A stretch of DNA of 64,000 nucleotides from Eledone cirrhosa (taxonomy: Eukaryota): assembly GCA_964016885.1 (NCBI GenBank), contig OZ024741.1:108128001-108192000 (forward strand), given 5' to 3'. Positions 49,365-63,123 of the stretch are shown piece after piece; the first letter of the stretch is position 1, and each line of letters starts with the position of its first letter. The position numbers were made by a program, and so were the translations under genes. The notes beneath the pieces are model-generated. The model was not told the origin of the DNA. It worked only from the letters and a program-made list of their open reading frames with translations, and did no database searches.

Positions 49365-51785
49365 CCGAATTGGTGTGGTAGAGACAGGTACACATGTTGT
49401 TGAAGTGTTTTACTCCGTCAATACTCCGATATGTCCAGCTCCTGGTCGGGTTGTTATTTCTCTGAGGAACTGGAATCATATGAATTCGAACAAACGAATT
49501 TCGGCGTTCAAGGACACTCTCTCCACCCATTGGTCAGTTGTCAGAACATTCCTCAGTAAAAAGTCTATAGAAAATTTTCTGAGGCAAGACAATCTGTTGT
49601 GGTTGTTTTTGTTAAGTACAGCTGACCTCCTCCCTTGTGTTGGTAGTGGTATTGCTGTTAGGGGGTCAGCTGGCAGGTCAGCTTTAGTTCGGCTGCTACT
49701 ATGTTTAGAAGAATTTGTGTGTGTAGGTTGGCATCTATCCTGCCACCATTTCACGTGGTGGGGTGCCAAACAGATAAAGGAATAAGATAAAGTAAAATGA
49801 AGAAATAAAAAAATAAGATACAATAATATGAAGAAATAAAAAAAATAAAAGAATAAAGTAAAATAAAACGCGTGTGTGTTACAACCAATATCAAAGTTTG
49901 AAAGATTTGGAAAATATTGACTGAAGTAGAAAGGCTGTGTCAGAATCAAGAAGTGTAGAAGTGTAAAGGATTACAATCCTTACACTATCATGGGGTGGTG
50001 CGTTTTATATAGTAGAGCGCTGGTGGGTTATATGTTATATCCGTAGTAGTAGAGCATTCAGTCCATGGGACGAGTTAGGTAGAACTAGTTCCACAAAAGT
50101 TAGTTCACCATTTCCGAGTACAATTGTTTACACCTTAGTCGGATCATCATTTCGGTTTAAATGATACTATACGGAAAGGGAAGTTAGAAGTGACTACAGT
50201 TTCGTAAATTACAGCGGGTGTGTTGCACTATTGTTGAAGGGGACAAGCCTATATATATATATATATATATAGGAGAAGTCTTTTCGATAATGGGAAGTTC
50301 ATATTAGACATGGAAAGTGTAAAATTTGCATTTTATTTTTACGTACAACGCCGAAGTCAGGATTTAATTTTCTATTGCTATTGGTTTGAACAGACACATT
50401 CCCTATACAGGAAGTAATTATTCGTTCGCACGTATATAGCTGCGAACCAGACTCTAATACACGAAGGCTTATGCTTCCTACTAAACATTTATAGTTGCAT
50501 TACTTCATTTACAAATGATAACCATTTGATTGCACCAATATTCACATCTTTCTTTTTTTTCTTCTTTTGCTAACCGCCGTGAAAATGGTGTGATGTGGAG
50601 AAATGTTAATTTTGTGCGACTTATGTATAGCTTTAGCAATAATGAGTGTTCTAATGTGTATTGATAACCAAAAGTTTGAAACAACTATATAGCCGTATTG
50701 ATTGCATAGGATATTCTGTGGCAAAGTGTAAATCCTATAAACTACGGTGAAAATTATGAAGTTCGACCTATGCATAAAATATCCAATTATATAATAATAG
50801 AAAATAAGGCAAGATGTCGTAAGAAAAGATATCAAAGTGATATATTCCAGATAAGATTGACATAGCCAATAAGTCAATAGGAAGAAATACACATCAGAAG
50901 AAAAGTTGATGCAGAAAAAGGTGACATCCAATGAGAGTTTACGTGGTCACCGAGGAGATCTAATAACTTCGGAACATGTCCGCTGTTTTTCCCTAAGTTG
51001 TTTACTATAAATATTCTACACAGAGTACATTGTTTTCATTGTTCCAAAAGACTTGAACCTACCTGGTCTAACGGAGTTCTCCAGCTTGATTGATCAGCAG
51101 TTGGTTGTTTCTTCGCCTCACAATAAATATTCACGCAGAGAGACATCATTTGTATATATAGAAAATAGATAAAACAATGTTTTATGTATTTTTCCCTGTA
51201 CATCCTAATATGTATTTTTTATATATATTTTAAGTATATTATTTGCATTGTCGCTATGAGCTTCCCATATATAATTTTGTTTATATGGTTTCTTTATGTG
51301 GATTATTTCACGTTAACACCCTAATGCCAACTCACTCAACGTGTGTATCAAAGAGTGTCTGCATATACGTATATACCGCTATGTGAGATGTTGCGTGCAT
51401 TCTTTGGCGTATTCCTTATATGCACTTTTTGTGTATTTTTACGTATTTCGTCACGTAAATTTTCTTTGTGTATTCCCTGATGTACATCATTGTATACATG
51501 TTTCTATGTACTTTCCAAGTAGTTTTGTACAGTTTCTTTTCATATGTATGTATTTTATTTGTATGTGGTTTATACGTGTAGTATCTCAGGTTAACACCCT
51601 AAGACAAGGTGTATATATGGGTGTGTGTCTATATGTGTATATAATGCTACGTGTGCAAGAGTGCCCGCAGGGTCATGCATACACACACATACACACACGC
51701 ACATCTGTGTGTGTCTGTAATTATATATCTGTGTGCGCGTGGGCCTATGTCCGTGTGTCTGTACATGCATACATACGGGTGCATA

Positions 51786-51816
<31 letters not shown>

Positions 51817-51817
<1 letters not shown>

Positions 51818-53727
51818 AATGTAACTGTAGAAATAAATCTAACTGTCCTCTAAATAATAATTGTTTAGTTAAAAATATAGTATACAATTGTAATGTAAAA
51901 ACTAATGTAAACTCCTTTAATTATGTAGGCTCTACCTCCACAGACTTTAAGTCCCGTTTTAATAACCACAAATGTTCTTTTACGAATATTAGTAAAAATT
52001 CTCATCTTCTCTATCGAACTTTCTATGGGACCTGAAATCAAAGAACATTAACTATTCTTTACTTTGGAATATTATCTCCAAAGCTCCTTCATACATTGCT
52101 TTATCTGAAAATTGCGCTATTTGTATAGAAGAAATATTCTTTATACTAAAAAGTAAGAACTCTGTTAATTTAAGGAATAATTCATTTAGTTCTTGCAAAC
52201 ATCGTTTAAATTCAACTTTTAAATATATATATAAAATGTAATATAAAACTTATCTCTTTTACATAATGTCTTATATATCCATATACGATTCATATACTTA
52301 ACTTATTTTCTATTATCTCTACTTCACACATATATATTACTACACCTATCGATAGATCATTAAATTAAATTCCTTTATATGACTGCTTGAAACACCTTTA
52401 AGGAAAACAAATTTTCTTGATAAACTTACTGAAGGGTTTAAGAAAATCTTTTGAAAACTCCGTTGAATGATATAGAAAAACTATATTTTTATATTTTTAT
52501 ATTCTTATATTTTTTATAGTTTTTAATATATATATCCTAATGTTTATATATATGTGGTAAACATATGGTTTTTTTCTGTGTATGTGTGGTGTATGTGTGG
52601 AGTAACCTATGGTTTATGCTTTAAAAATATTCTTATGCAAAATGTTTGTGCTTTATGCTTTAAATATATTCTTATAAAAAATTGTTAAGTGTTATAATAT
52701 TTAAATGCTATAACCTTATAGCAAGTAAATTTATAAATTTAAGACTTCGTATAAAATAACATAAGGTTCATGTTCTAATTACATTCTTAAGATAGGAAAT
52801 TTAATCTTTTAACTTCTTAACTTTATAGCATTTAATCCTTGGAGTCATCTAAGTTATTAATAAATCACTTATAACTTCCTTTACGCTTTTCTGTTATTAT
52901 AATACAAATAAGTGGTTATTCTTTTGTAAACTCTCGAAAAAATTTTCCATAAATTTAGAATTATTTGGATATTTTAAATTTTGGACTTATAAATTTTGAC
53001 TTACAAATTTTAATAATATATAATATATATTTTTAATAATATATAGTGTATATTTTTTTAATAATTTATAATCCTTAACATACACATTTAAACTAGTTAT
53101 TAAATCATTAATTAAACCTTTAATCAAATTTATTAATTAAACGTTTAATCAAATTTTTTTCAATCTATCATTATAAACAGTATAATCAAAACATAACGAA
53201 TCCTGCTTTATTATCCCTTCACGCTATCCTCATTTCTTCGTTTCTTCTTCTTTCCTCTCACGTAAACATACTTACGCTTTATTTGTCCTTTATAACTAAT
53301 ATTTTCTCTCACTTAAATATAATCACGATATCCTCTCTCCACACTATATCCACTGTCAAAAAATATATATAATTTATTCCTTCTTTTTCTCTTTTTTCTC
53401 TTTCTTTCTTTCTTTCTCCCTCACAATATCACCTTCTTCCAACAGTTTAATTTAAATAAACCGTTATCTTTTAAACCTTTCGGACATTCATTTGCATACT
53501 CAATCATAATTCTCTATAACCCTCAATAAATGTAATATCTCCACTATCCGGGAAGCTCCAAGCGTTAATGTTGACTTTTTTTCAGAGTATATCAATATTT
53601 ATTTATAAAACTAATCTGTATTGCATTTTATCTGATGAAAGCGCACCATAATTTGCCTTGGTGGCTCTTGAAATGTGTATAATAAAATAAATATGGTTTT
53701 ATAAATATAGTTTCCATTTATTAATAT

Positions 53728-53730
<3 letters not shown>
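51817..53730 (+). mobile_element. Penelope-like element 3' part (GIY-YIG + long AT-rich 3' region + hammerhead) between (TA)n tracts
   Basis: KCNCRNKSNCPLNNNCLVKNIVYNC...YVGSTSTDFKSRFNNH, then LWDLK, CAICIEE and SCKH in a shifted frame. Confidence 0.85.
53626..53687 (+). ncRNA. Type I hammerhead at PLE 3' end
   Basis: UUUUAU CUGAUGA aagcgcacca...ugguggcucuu GAAA ugugua UA AUAAAA. Confidence 0.75.
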
Positions 53731-53801
<71 letters not shown>

Positions 53802-54355
53802 TATGTGTATATGAGTAGGTTTGGTGCGTGCATATGTACGCCCGGGTATATGTATGTGTGTGTATGTGTGTATATATGTGTGTATGTATGTGTCCATGTA
53901 TGCGTACATTTGTAAGTATATCTGTGTATGCATGTACCTATATAGGAGGGGTGAATATATGCATGTGTACGTGTGTGTGCAAACGCGTAAGCGTACGCGC
54001 AAGGTATGTGTGTATGTCCCCACAGATAAGTGTGTGATTAGGAGCTCGGAATGTCTGTCTATGTGTGAGCACACGCATGTGTGGGTGTTTAATGTGTCGG
54101 GAGACGAGCAAGCTAGGGACTGGCAAGACAGATCATAAACCCTGTCCATGTAGCAGTAATTCTGGCGACAGAATTAAGGTGAGTGACAGCTCACGCCTGA
54201 ATGGAAATGGTCAGTGGGCAGCGTTGTATGGTCAAACCTACAGATGACGTGTCGAACTCTTGACCTATCGACGGGCCGCGCAAATAGGATGATGACAGAT
54301 AGAAATTCTAAGGGTTGGAGTCCAACTGACAGAGGATTTGCTTCGAAGTCACAAG

Positions 54356-54448
54356 ACGTATCTGAGGAACTTGCGAATACAGAATCAGGTTCGATCCACA
54401 AATAGATCGCACTACTTGCTGTTCGCCGGAGAAACAATTGTAATACGT
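54356..54448 (+). ncRNA. Type I hammerhead with 62-nt stem II insertion
   Basis: ACGUAU CUGAGGA acuugcgaa...uucgccgga GAAA caauug UA AUACGU; stem III is the palindrome ACAAUUGU. Confidence 0.8.
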
Positions 54449-55601
54449 TAATAAATTAATAAATTGTGTTCCGATGCATCACTGATTCTTCGTTTTCCAT
54501 ATTTTGCACACACACACACACACATACACGTACACACACATACACACACATATATACATACATACATAAATTTATATACATACCTCATGTATGTATAAAT
54601 TTGTATACATGCACCCACACGTGTGTGTGAGTGAGAGAGGGTCTAAATTCTAAAATGTCTACTAAAGTTTGTCTCAAGCTCGGAGATTCACTTGATCAGT
54701 ACTTATCCTCGTTTTCCTTGGCATTAAGCAACTGAGAGTACAAGTCTCCCACTTCTTGACAGGACAGAAGTCAATCGAAAGTTTAAATCTCTAGTTACTG
54801 CTTGTACTCATTTTCAGTTGAGTGTACTGAAGCAATGCAGACCACACACAACCAGGTCCTAAAATCGTAAGTCCAACATCCTAATCACAATGATAAGCGC
54901 CTTTACAAATATATTTATGTACACAAATATATATGTGTATGTATGTATGCATGTATGTATGTATGTATGTATGTATGTATGTATGTATGTATGTATGTAT
55001 GTATGTATGTATGTATGTATGTATTTACGTACCTCAGTAAGTATTGATTGTTGTTCCTTGTCTATGCTTTATAAACCCTTTAACTCTCCCCAACCAGCGG
55101 GAGCAACAACAACATTCTCCAATATCCAATACCATATTCTCATACACATTATCTTTATAATATTTTTTCATCTGGCATATTTCCAAACTACAAAATCTAT
55201 AAACACACTAATTCCTCCGGGAATATATGCACTTTTCTTTTTTCCAATTTTTTGACAACATTGTTCAATTCTCAACAACACTCCTCTTTTAGCTGTTTTC
55301 TTAATACGTAAACAAGTAATTCGTTCATTTTTCTATGAGAAAAGAGAGTGTATCAACTGTCATTCGGTATAGAGAAACCAACACCATTAAAGCACATGGC
55401 GTAATAAAACTGCATATTTAATTTGATTTGTGTATGTGTTCGTGTGTGGGTGCGTGTGGGTGTGTATTTCTACTCTGAATCTTTTCATTTTTCTTCATTT
55501 CTTCATTTATTTATGTTAGAAATTTATTATTTCAATGAGATGATAAATATATATATATATATTGGGGGGGGGAGCATGTGCGCGCGCGCGCGCGTGTGTG
55601 T

Positions 55602-55698
<97 letters not shown>

Positions 55699-56540
55699 TG
55701 TGTGTGTGTGTCTGTGTGTGTCTGTGTGTGAGCGTATATATGCATGTATATATATATATGATGGGTGCTAGTCGATTTCGAGTAATACCATCACTTGATA
55801 CTTAAACATGAATATCATAGACGTGGCTTTTTAGTGACGCTAAGGACTTGCCTATAGCCAGCAAAACCATGCATCACAACAAATGTCACATATCAAGCGA
55901 TGCCTGTGCTTGAAGCTCTTTTATGTGAGGAAAAGCGTTTGCACGAGGCTAATCCCACTCTGAACATAGAATGCATTTGCCCCAAAAGAGGAACTGGTCT
56001 ACGTCATTTGATGCAACTCTATTCGCAGGTTTTATGTTAGGGTGACCTTTTCTCAGAGAGGTATCTTAATGAAGACTAGGAGTCTCTGGCTCGAAAAAGA
56101 AATATATATATATATATATATATATATACTTTATTGGTTTGCTGTTGACTCTCTTGAGTACCTCAGCCTACGCTATTTAATTGGATAAGGAACCACCTAA
56201 GGGCAAAATTCCGTCCAAGCATGTTAGCCCGGAGACCTTGATCAGTTTTACGGATATTTGATATAGGCTGCGAAGAGCAATCCTACCACCTAACCTCCTT
56301 CTGGGCATTCTATATACTTACCATAATACTTCACTCTGGCATCCAACTCATCTAGTGCTTGAATCTCCGGAATGCGAGGAATCGGACATCTGGATCTGAT
56401 ATGTACAACTTGATCTGATGGGAGACCGGAGAGCAATACGACTATCATACTTCCAGTTAAACTATAACTTTATGCTCTGGTTTATATATTTGTCCTATAG
56501 ACATCTATTTCCTACTCTTTCGTCTTTCAACTTCTTTATC

Positions 56541-57030
56541 TAAATTATAATAAAGTAAGGAGTGCGGGACTGCGTCCAGAATACATTTTTTAAATTCCGT
56601 TTGTAAAATAAGTTGGATTACTTTGAATAAATAATGAATGAATATTACATAATTTCTCTACTGAATTTCGTTATTCTTGATTAAATATAAATAATTTTGT
56701 TGCTTATTTTAAGATTCACTTCTTTAAAATGTTCAAATGTCAACACTTCCGGTTAACAATCGCTTAAATAAACATTCATATATTTCCGTCACTAATTTTT
56801 TCCTAATGCAGTTTATATATAATATCGTCTTTTTTTAATGTATCGTGGAGTACGTTACTGATTACATAAGACAGTGTAATGCAGTCTTCGTTTGATTTCT
56901 GTGTATATTGTCAATTACGATTTTATTTGATGTATCATATCTACATGCATATATGCTTGCGTATAATATCAATATGCACACTACACATGCTAGCAGAAAA
57001 TCCCCCGAGGGTGGTTTTTCGGCTAGTTAT
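56541..57030 (-). mobile_element. Partial inverted copy of the 46830-47726 element interior
   Basis: Reverse complement of ~47010-47495 (e.g. TTTTAAGATTCACTTCTTTAAAATGTTCAAA). Confidence 0.8.
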
Positions 57031-57470
57031 TATAATAATTTTATACCAATTTGTGATCTGAATAGACGATCGGTCGGGAATGAACACAACGTATACTATC
57101 TTTATCTGCTAACCTGACAAAAAGCTTGTCTATATACGATATAGATTACCCTATGCGGTTGGTCCACGGCTACATTCTCGTCTTCTGGAGATCTACTCGC
57201 TGCATGTCAGACAGTGGGAACTGGCATTTGCAGCCCCTCTTCATATATAGAGAAGCATGAACCAGAGAGCGAAGCCAAGTGGTTTTGGCTTGTGTTTTAC
57301 GCAAGCCTTTTCTCTATACTTCTCTGCATCTCACCACGCATTGAGTACTCCCATTATCTGTGATCTCCCCGCTCTCATCAACGCAGTGTCACCTCCAGTG
57401 GGACAAATCGGTCCAACCCATGCTAGCCTTGAAGATGGACGTTAATCAATGATGATGATGATGATGATAT

Positions 57471-57557
<87 letters not shown>

Positions 57558-57921
57558 TATATATTGTTGTATGGATACATGTCTGTATCTATGTAATTTA
57601 TTTATGTACATACATATGCATGTAACTCGGTTGACCGATGCTCAAATTTCAACAAAACTGGCTAATACACACATGTCCGTACAAAAGCCTATCTTCCAAG
57701 ATTCTGTAAATATAAGAAGGCATGAGGGCACAGTCAAGCCTTTCTCATGCCTATTATCGAACTATCTTTTTTTTCTTTTTCTTTTCTACGTTACTTGATG
57801 CAAATGAGGCTACGACCTCATTTCCGTTGTCGATTAAAAATTTACTCTACATCATTTACACGGCCAACGCTTCACAAACAACAGTCTCCCTCTCTCTCCC
57901 TTTCTCTCTCTCTCTCACTCA

Positions 57922-57987
<66 letters not shown>

Positions 57988-58532
57988 TACTATATACACA
58001 GTTTCTCTTTCCCCCTTTCCCCTTTTCTCTACCCCTCTATGACGTAGTACTTCCTTGTGTTCAATTTGCTTAAGTAAGAAATCAATAATATATAACTAAG
58101 ATGTTCTTTCAAGTAGATACATATGATCCTATGAGTGACAAACGAAGAGACCACGATGGGGGAAAACGGCAGGTGTGTTAATAAAGTAAACATCAAACAG
58201 ACACACACACGACACATGCACACGCACGCACGCGCACACATGTACACACACTTACACACACGCACGCACACACACACACACTTACACACAAATGAAGCCT
58301 TACCCAATTACAACAGAACAGGTGTTTAAATAGTAGTGCCTGGAAAGTACAAACCGTTTGTTAGAGACACAAGCACGTGTAAAAAATCCCACCGTTGAAA
58401 GGACGCCTTATAAATGAACGCAGGTTTTAATAAAACAACACACATGACGTGTAACCACATGTGTAGGGTTTTTTTCTCTCTAAACCTGAAAGTCTAGATG
58501 TCACCCTCTCCTTCTATTTATTTCTGTATGAA

Positions 58533-58643
<111 letters not shown>

Positions 58644-58763
58644 TATAGACATAGAATATTCGAAAATATTCTGTATGTTTATAATAAACATTTTGAAGAC
58701 CTAATCGCTATAGAATAGAATACGTCACGTATTACAATTAGATTCTCGATAAAAGCAAGGGAA

Positions 58764-58806
58764 GTAATCTACGCGTTTCATTCTTGTTAGAAATCTTCAG
58801 GACTAC
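58764..58806 (-). ncRNA. Minimal hammerhead (inverted arm)
   Basis: Mirror image of 58892-58934. Confidence 0.8.
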
Positions 58807-58891
58807 ATATCCAGTGCTTTTATCGAGAATGACACAGCTAAGTATTCTATAAGTCTCTAGCTGTGTCATTCTCGATAAAAGCACTGGATAT

Positions 58892-58934
58892 GTAGTCCTG
58901 AAGATTTCTAACAAGAATGAAACGCGTAGATTAC
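58892..58934 (+). ncRNA. Minimal hammerhead (tandem unit 1)
   Basis: GUAGUC CUGAAGA u-uucu-aaca-agaa-u GAAA cgcg UA GAUUAC; predicted cut after 58928. Confidence 0.85.
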
Positions 58935-59201
58935 TTCCCTTGCTTTTATCGAGAATCTAATTGTAATACGTGACGTATTCTATTCTATAGCGATTAGGTC
59001 TTCAAAATGTTTATTATAAACATACAGAATATTTTCGAATATTCTATGTCTATATTCACATATATATCGCTATTTCAGAGCATTGATTCCAATTTCTAAT
59101 TTCTGCCGGACCGGCAACCGCTCTTTCAAACCAGTTCCTGTACACAGCTAAGTATTCTATAAGTCTCTAGCTGTGTCATTCTCGATAAAAGCACTGGATA
59201 T

Positions 59202-59244
59202 GTAGTCCTGAAGATTTCTAACAAGAATGAAACGCGTAGATTAC
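59202..59244 (+). ncRNA. Minimal hammerhead (tandem unit 2)
   Basis: Identical to unit 1, 310 bp downstream; predicted cut after 59238. Confidence 0.85.
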
Positions 59245-59401
59245 TTCCCTTGCTTTTATCGAGAATCTAATTGTAATACGTGACGTATTCTATTCTATAG
59301 CGATTAGGTCTTCAAAATGTTTATTATAAACATACAGAATATTTTCGAATATTCTATGTCTATATTCACATATATATCGCTATTTCAGAGCATTGATTCC
59401 A

Positions 59402-59448
<47 letters not shown>

Positions 59449-59711
59449 TATAAATATATATATAACGAAACGCAACTTCCGATTTGTGTTGACAAGCGCT
59501 CAATGGATACAAAGATACCAGAGCTATAAAGATAAGTTAAAAAGGCCATACAAAACTGAGACGATGGTTCAGAAGTCATTAACTACCGAAGACAAAAAAG
59601 CGAGCAAGCTAAGCGGGTCAAACAAATTAAAATATGATTGAAATATATATATATATATAGAGAGAGAGAGGGAGATATATATATATATTCATATATATAT
59701 ATATTTATATA

Positions 59712-59774
<63 letters not shown>

Positions 59775-59799
59775 ATATATATATTATATATATACATAT

Positions 59800-62452
59800 A
59801 TAATCACAATCACAAAACAAGCCCCCTGCAACAGTCAAAAGCAGCCATCACACTAGCCTCCACATTCTTACTCAATACACAAGGTATCAGCCCATCCATC
59901 AATGCACAGAAATGGAAGATCCAATTCATTGAGGATTGGGTTGGTAACCATCCATTTCGCATCACCTTCTTCATTCTTACTGAGACCCATCTTGACAACT
60001 CCCGAAGTAACAGTGAGAAATTTCACAAACATCCGTGCGGATCGTGTTGGCAGATGGAAGGTTGGAACTGCCCTTTTCCTGCATGATTCATTTACAGCAG
60101 ATGGCAACACAATATTCTCTAATGGATACTGTGAATCAGTCACTGTGCACAATAAAGCCAATGACCTGACATTAGTTGGGCTCTATAGGCTACCACAAAC
60201 ACCCATAATCTGTTTCAAAGAATGCCTCAACAGTATTAAATGCTTTATTAAACAGTGCCATTCTAGCAACATACTTTTGATGGGCGACATTAATCTACCC
60301 TGTGTCGATTGGTCTACATGTAGTTTGAAACCAGGCTCCACAGCCTCAACCACTGACAAAGAGGCTATCGAGTCACTTCTTGACTTCATGAATGAGTTTT
60401 TCTTGTCCCAACTTGTCCTTGCACCAACGAGGCATCAGAAGAACATTATGGATCTAGTGTTTAGTAACCACACTAACACTATACATAATATTACAGTGGA
60501 AAAAACACTTCTCTCAGACCATGACATGGTTCTTTGTAACCTGAGATTCCACCAGCCGAAAGCTAATCCCAGGGTCCTCTCTCCAGCCCACCCATTTGAT
60601 AACATGGATCTCTACAATGCCAACTGGGATGCAATTATGAACGAACTATCACATGTCGACTGGTCTTTTACACACGCACACTTCCACCAACATCAAAACA
60701 TCTTGGCAGATCTTTGTAGACACTGTCACAAATATATGTACAAAACACACCCCACCAAAACCTGTGAACAAAACCAAGTGCAGTATCCCCAAAAACAGAA
60801 AAACAATTATCAGAAAAATAAAAGAACAAACAAAAAAATTAACACACTAAAATACTGCCAACAGCAACACACACATTCAATGGCTATCGCCCTGCTTGGG
60901 TCATAAAAATATAACCTCCAGCAATGCATGATGACCATCATCAATAACCAGAGAATAGCTGAATAGAGGTGGGCCATTGAGAAAATCAAACTCAACCCCA
61001 AAGTGTTCTTCTCATTCGTTAAAAAACACAAGGTCACCGTCTCCACTGTTGGCCCCCTAGTTGATGAAAATTGCACACTCCACACTGAAAGCAACGCCCT
61101 GCTGAACTCCAACCAACATGGGTTCCGTAATGGAATGGACTGCCTAAAGCAGCTCCTGCATCACTTTGACGATGTTTTAAGAGCCTTGGTAGAGGACCCC
61201 AACACTGATGTCATCTACCTTGATTTTAGCAAGGCCTTTGACAGGGTTGATCATAAGATTCTACTGAAAAAACTATCCAATATTGGTGTCTCTGGAAGGT
61301 TACTACAGTGGATCAAATGTTTCCTGACAGGCAGAACCCAACATGTTGTAGTCGAAGGAGTAAAATCAAGCCCTGCCAAAGTCAGCAGTGGCGTCCCACA
61401 AGGCACTGTGTTGGGCCCACTTCTTTTCATCATCTACATTAATGACATTACTGACATCATCAAACACAGTAACATCAGAATCTTTGCAAATGATTCCAAG
61501 CTCCAAAGGGTTATCAATGAGGTGGGTGACCGGACTTGCCTTCAGTCAGACCTACTGGCTGTTATCCAATGGGCAAAAATGAATAATATGCTGTTGAATG
61601 AGGATAAATTTGAACTAATCCACTTTGGAAAAAAGGATGCCCTGAAACTACCATACACTCTTCCTTCGGGTGAAACTCTAGTGGCTCCCAATAACATCAG
61701 AGAAATGGGAGTAATTGTGGACAGCAATATAAGCTGGGCCACTCATATAAACAACTAAGTTGTTATGGCCCGCAGAATGTGTTCCTGGATTCTCAGAACT
61801 TTCCAGTCGAGAGATATCCACACTGTTGTCCTTCTCTTCTCCACTTTTGCCCGACCCCTCCTTGAATACTGTTGTCCACTGTGGTCACCCCACACGAAAC
61901 AAAGTATCATGAAAGTTGAAGCCCCCAAAGGTCAATTACAAAAAAGATAGATGGCATGACAGGCTTTGACTATTGGGGTCGATTAGAAAAGCTCAAACTT
62001 TATTCTCTTCAACGTCGCCGTGAGCGCTACATTATCTGTATGATGTGGAAAATATTCCATCAGCTTAGCCCAAATGATGTTGGCATCACCTTTAGTGCAC
62101 ACCCAAGGCTTGGGCCCCATGCTATCCGCCCACGACAAAAATCCCACTCGCATCACATAACAACAATACGGCACAATTATTTCACCTCAATTGGCCCTGC
62201 AATCTTTAACATTACACCAAAACACATCAAAGCAGAGACAGACCCCATCAAGTTCAAGAAGTCTTTGATTAAATTCCTTCAAGAAATCCCCGATAAGCCT
62301 CCTACACCTGGATATGCCCCCTTAAACAACAACCCTCTGCTCGAGTGGGCCATGGTGCGCAAACACTGATTTGTAAGACTTCGCCAGGTGGTGGTATTAA
62401 GTTAGACATGGCTTGGGCCAATACTGGCCGAAACCTATCAAAGTTATCAAAG

Positions 62453-62455
<3 letters not shown>
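59800..62455 (+). mobile_element. Decayed CR1-like LINE (APE + RT), internally deleted
   Basis: VGLYRLP, LMGDINLP, LSDHD; NQHGFR, YLDFSKAFDRV, GVPQGTVLGPLLF, FAND (degenerate YADD), RPLLEYCCPLWSP, LYSLQRRRER. 3' tail (TATCAAAGT)2. Confidence 0.88.
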
Positions 62456-62534
<79 letters not shown>

Positions 62535-62728
62535 TCAGGTTTGAGGTTCACCACTGTATAGAGCTGGTCTATTCCGTATGGTCAATCGTAATGCAATAAT
62601 ATAGAGAGTACTCAACGTAAAGCAGTTCAACCGTCTTTGTTTTTGTAGTTGGTGGTGCTATTACGGAGTTAAATATTATAATGAAATGACAGGAGGCTGG
62701 ATTTGTGTAAATCCTTGAAAGGTTTATT

Positions 62729-62786
62729 ATACTATGATCATTTCAATGACCGGGTTCCGTATGAATCCGGTGATATCATCAGGTAT
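62729..62786 (-). ncRNA. Type I hammerhead ribozyme
   Basis: Minus strand: AUAC CUGAUGA uaucaccggauuc-auacg-gaacccggucauu GAAA ugauca UA GUAU; stem III is the palindrome AUGAUCAU. Confidence 0.75.
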
Positions 62787-63123
62787 TCGAAATATAATAC
62801 GTGAATGTAATAGGTAAAATCCATGGGGCTGAAAATCGAGACCCGAGGGCGACCGCTATTCTGTTCCTTCAACCTCAGCCGGTCGCCCTGGAGTGACGTG
62901 GGTAAATTTTATAGTATGCTACTACCGGTCAGATGAACGAAAACAGAAAGAGATGGGAGCATAGGTTAACGTCGATCCCATGACACAAGGTAAAAGAAAG
63001 AAAGAAAGGAAGGAGAAGAAGGGGGAAGAAAGAAGAAGAGAAGTCAGGGTTAATGTCAGCTAAAAGAGGAAGGTAACTACTACTGGTCAGATATAGGCAA
63101 GCAAGAGGGGGAAGGAAGATAAG

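Noticed and set aside
51817-52210. Selenocysteine (in-frame TGA) usage as reported for some Naiad PLEs
   Set aside because: The Cys positions seen are TGT/TGC, and the TGA ending the ORF results from a frameshift.
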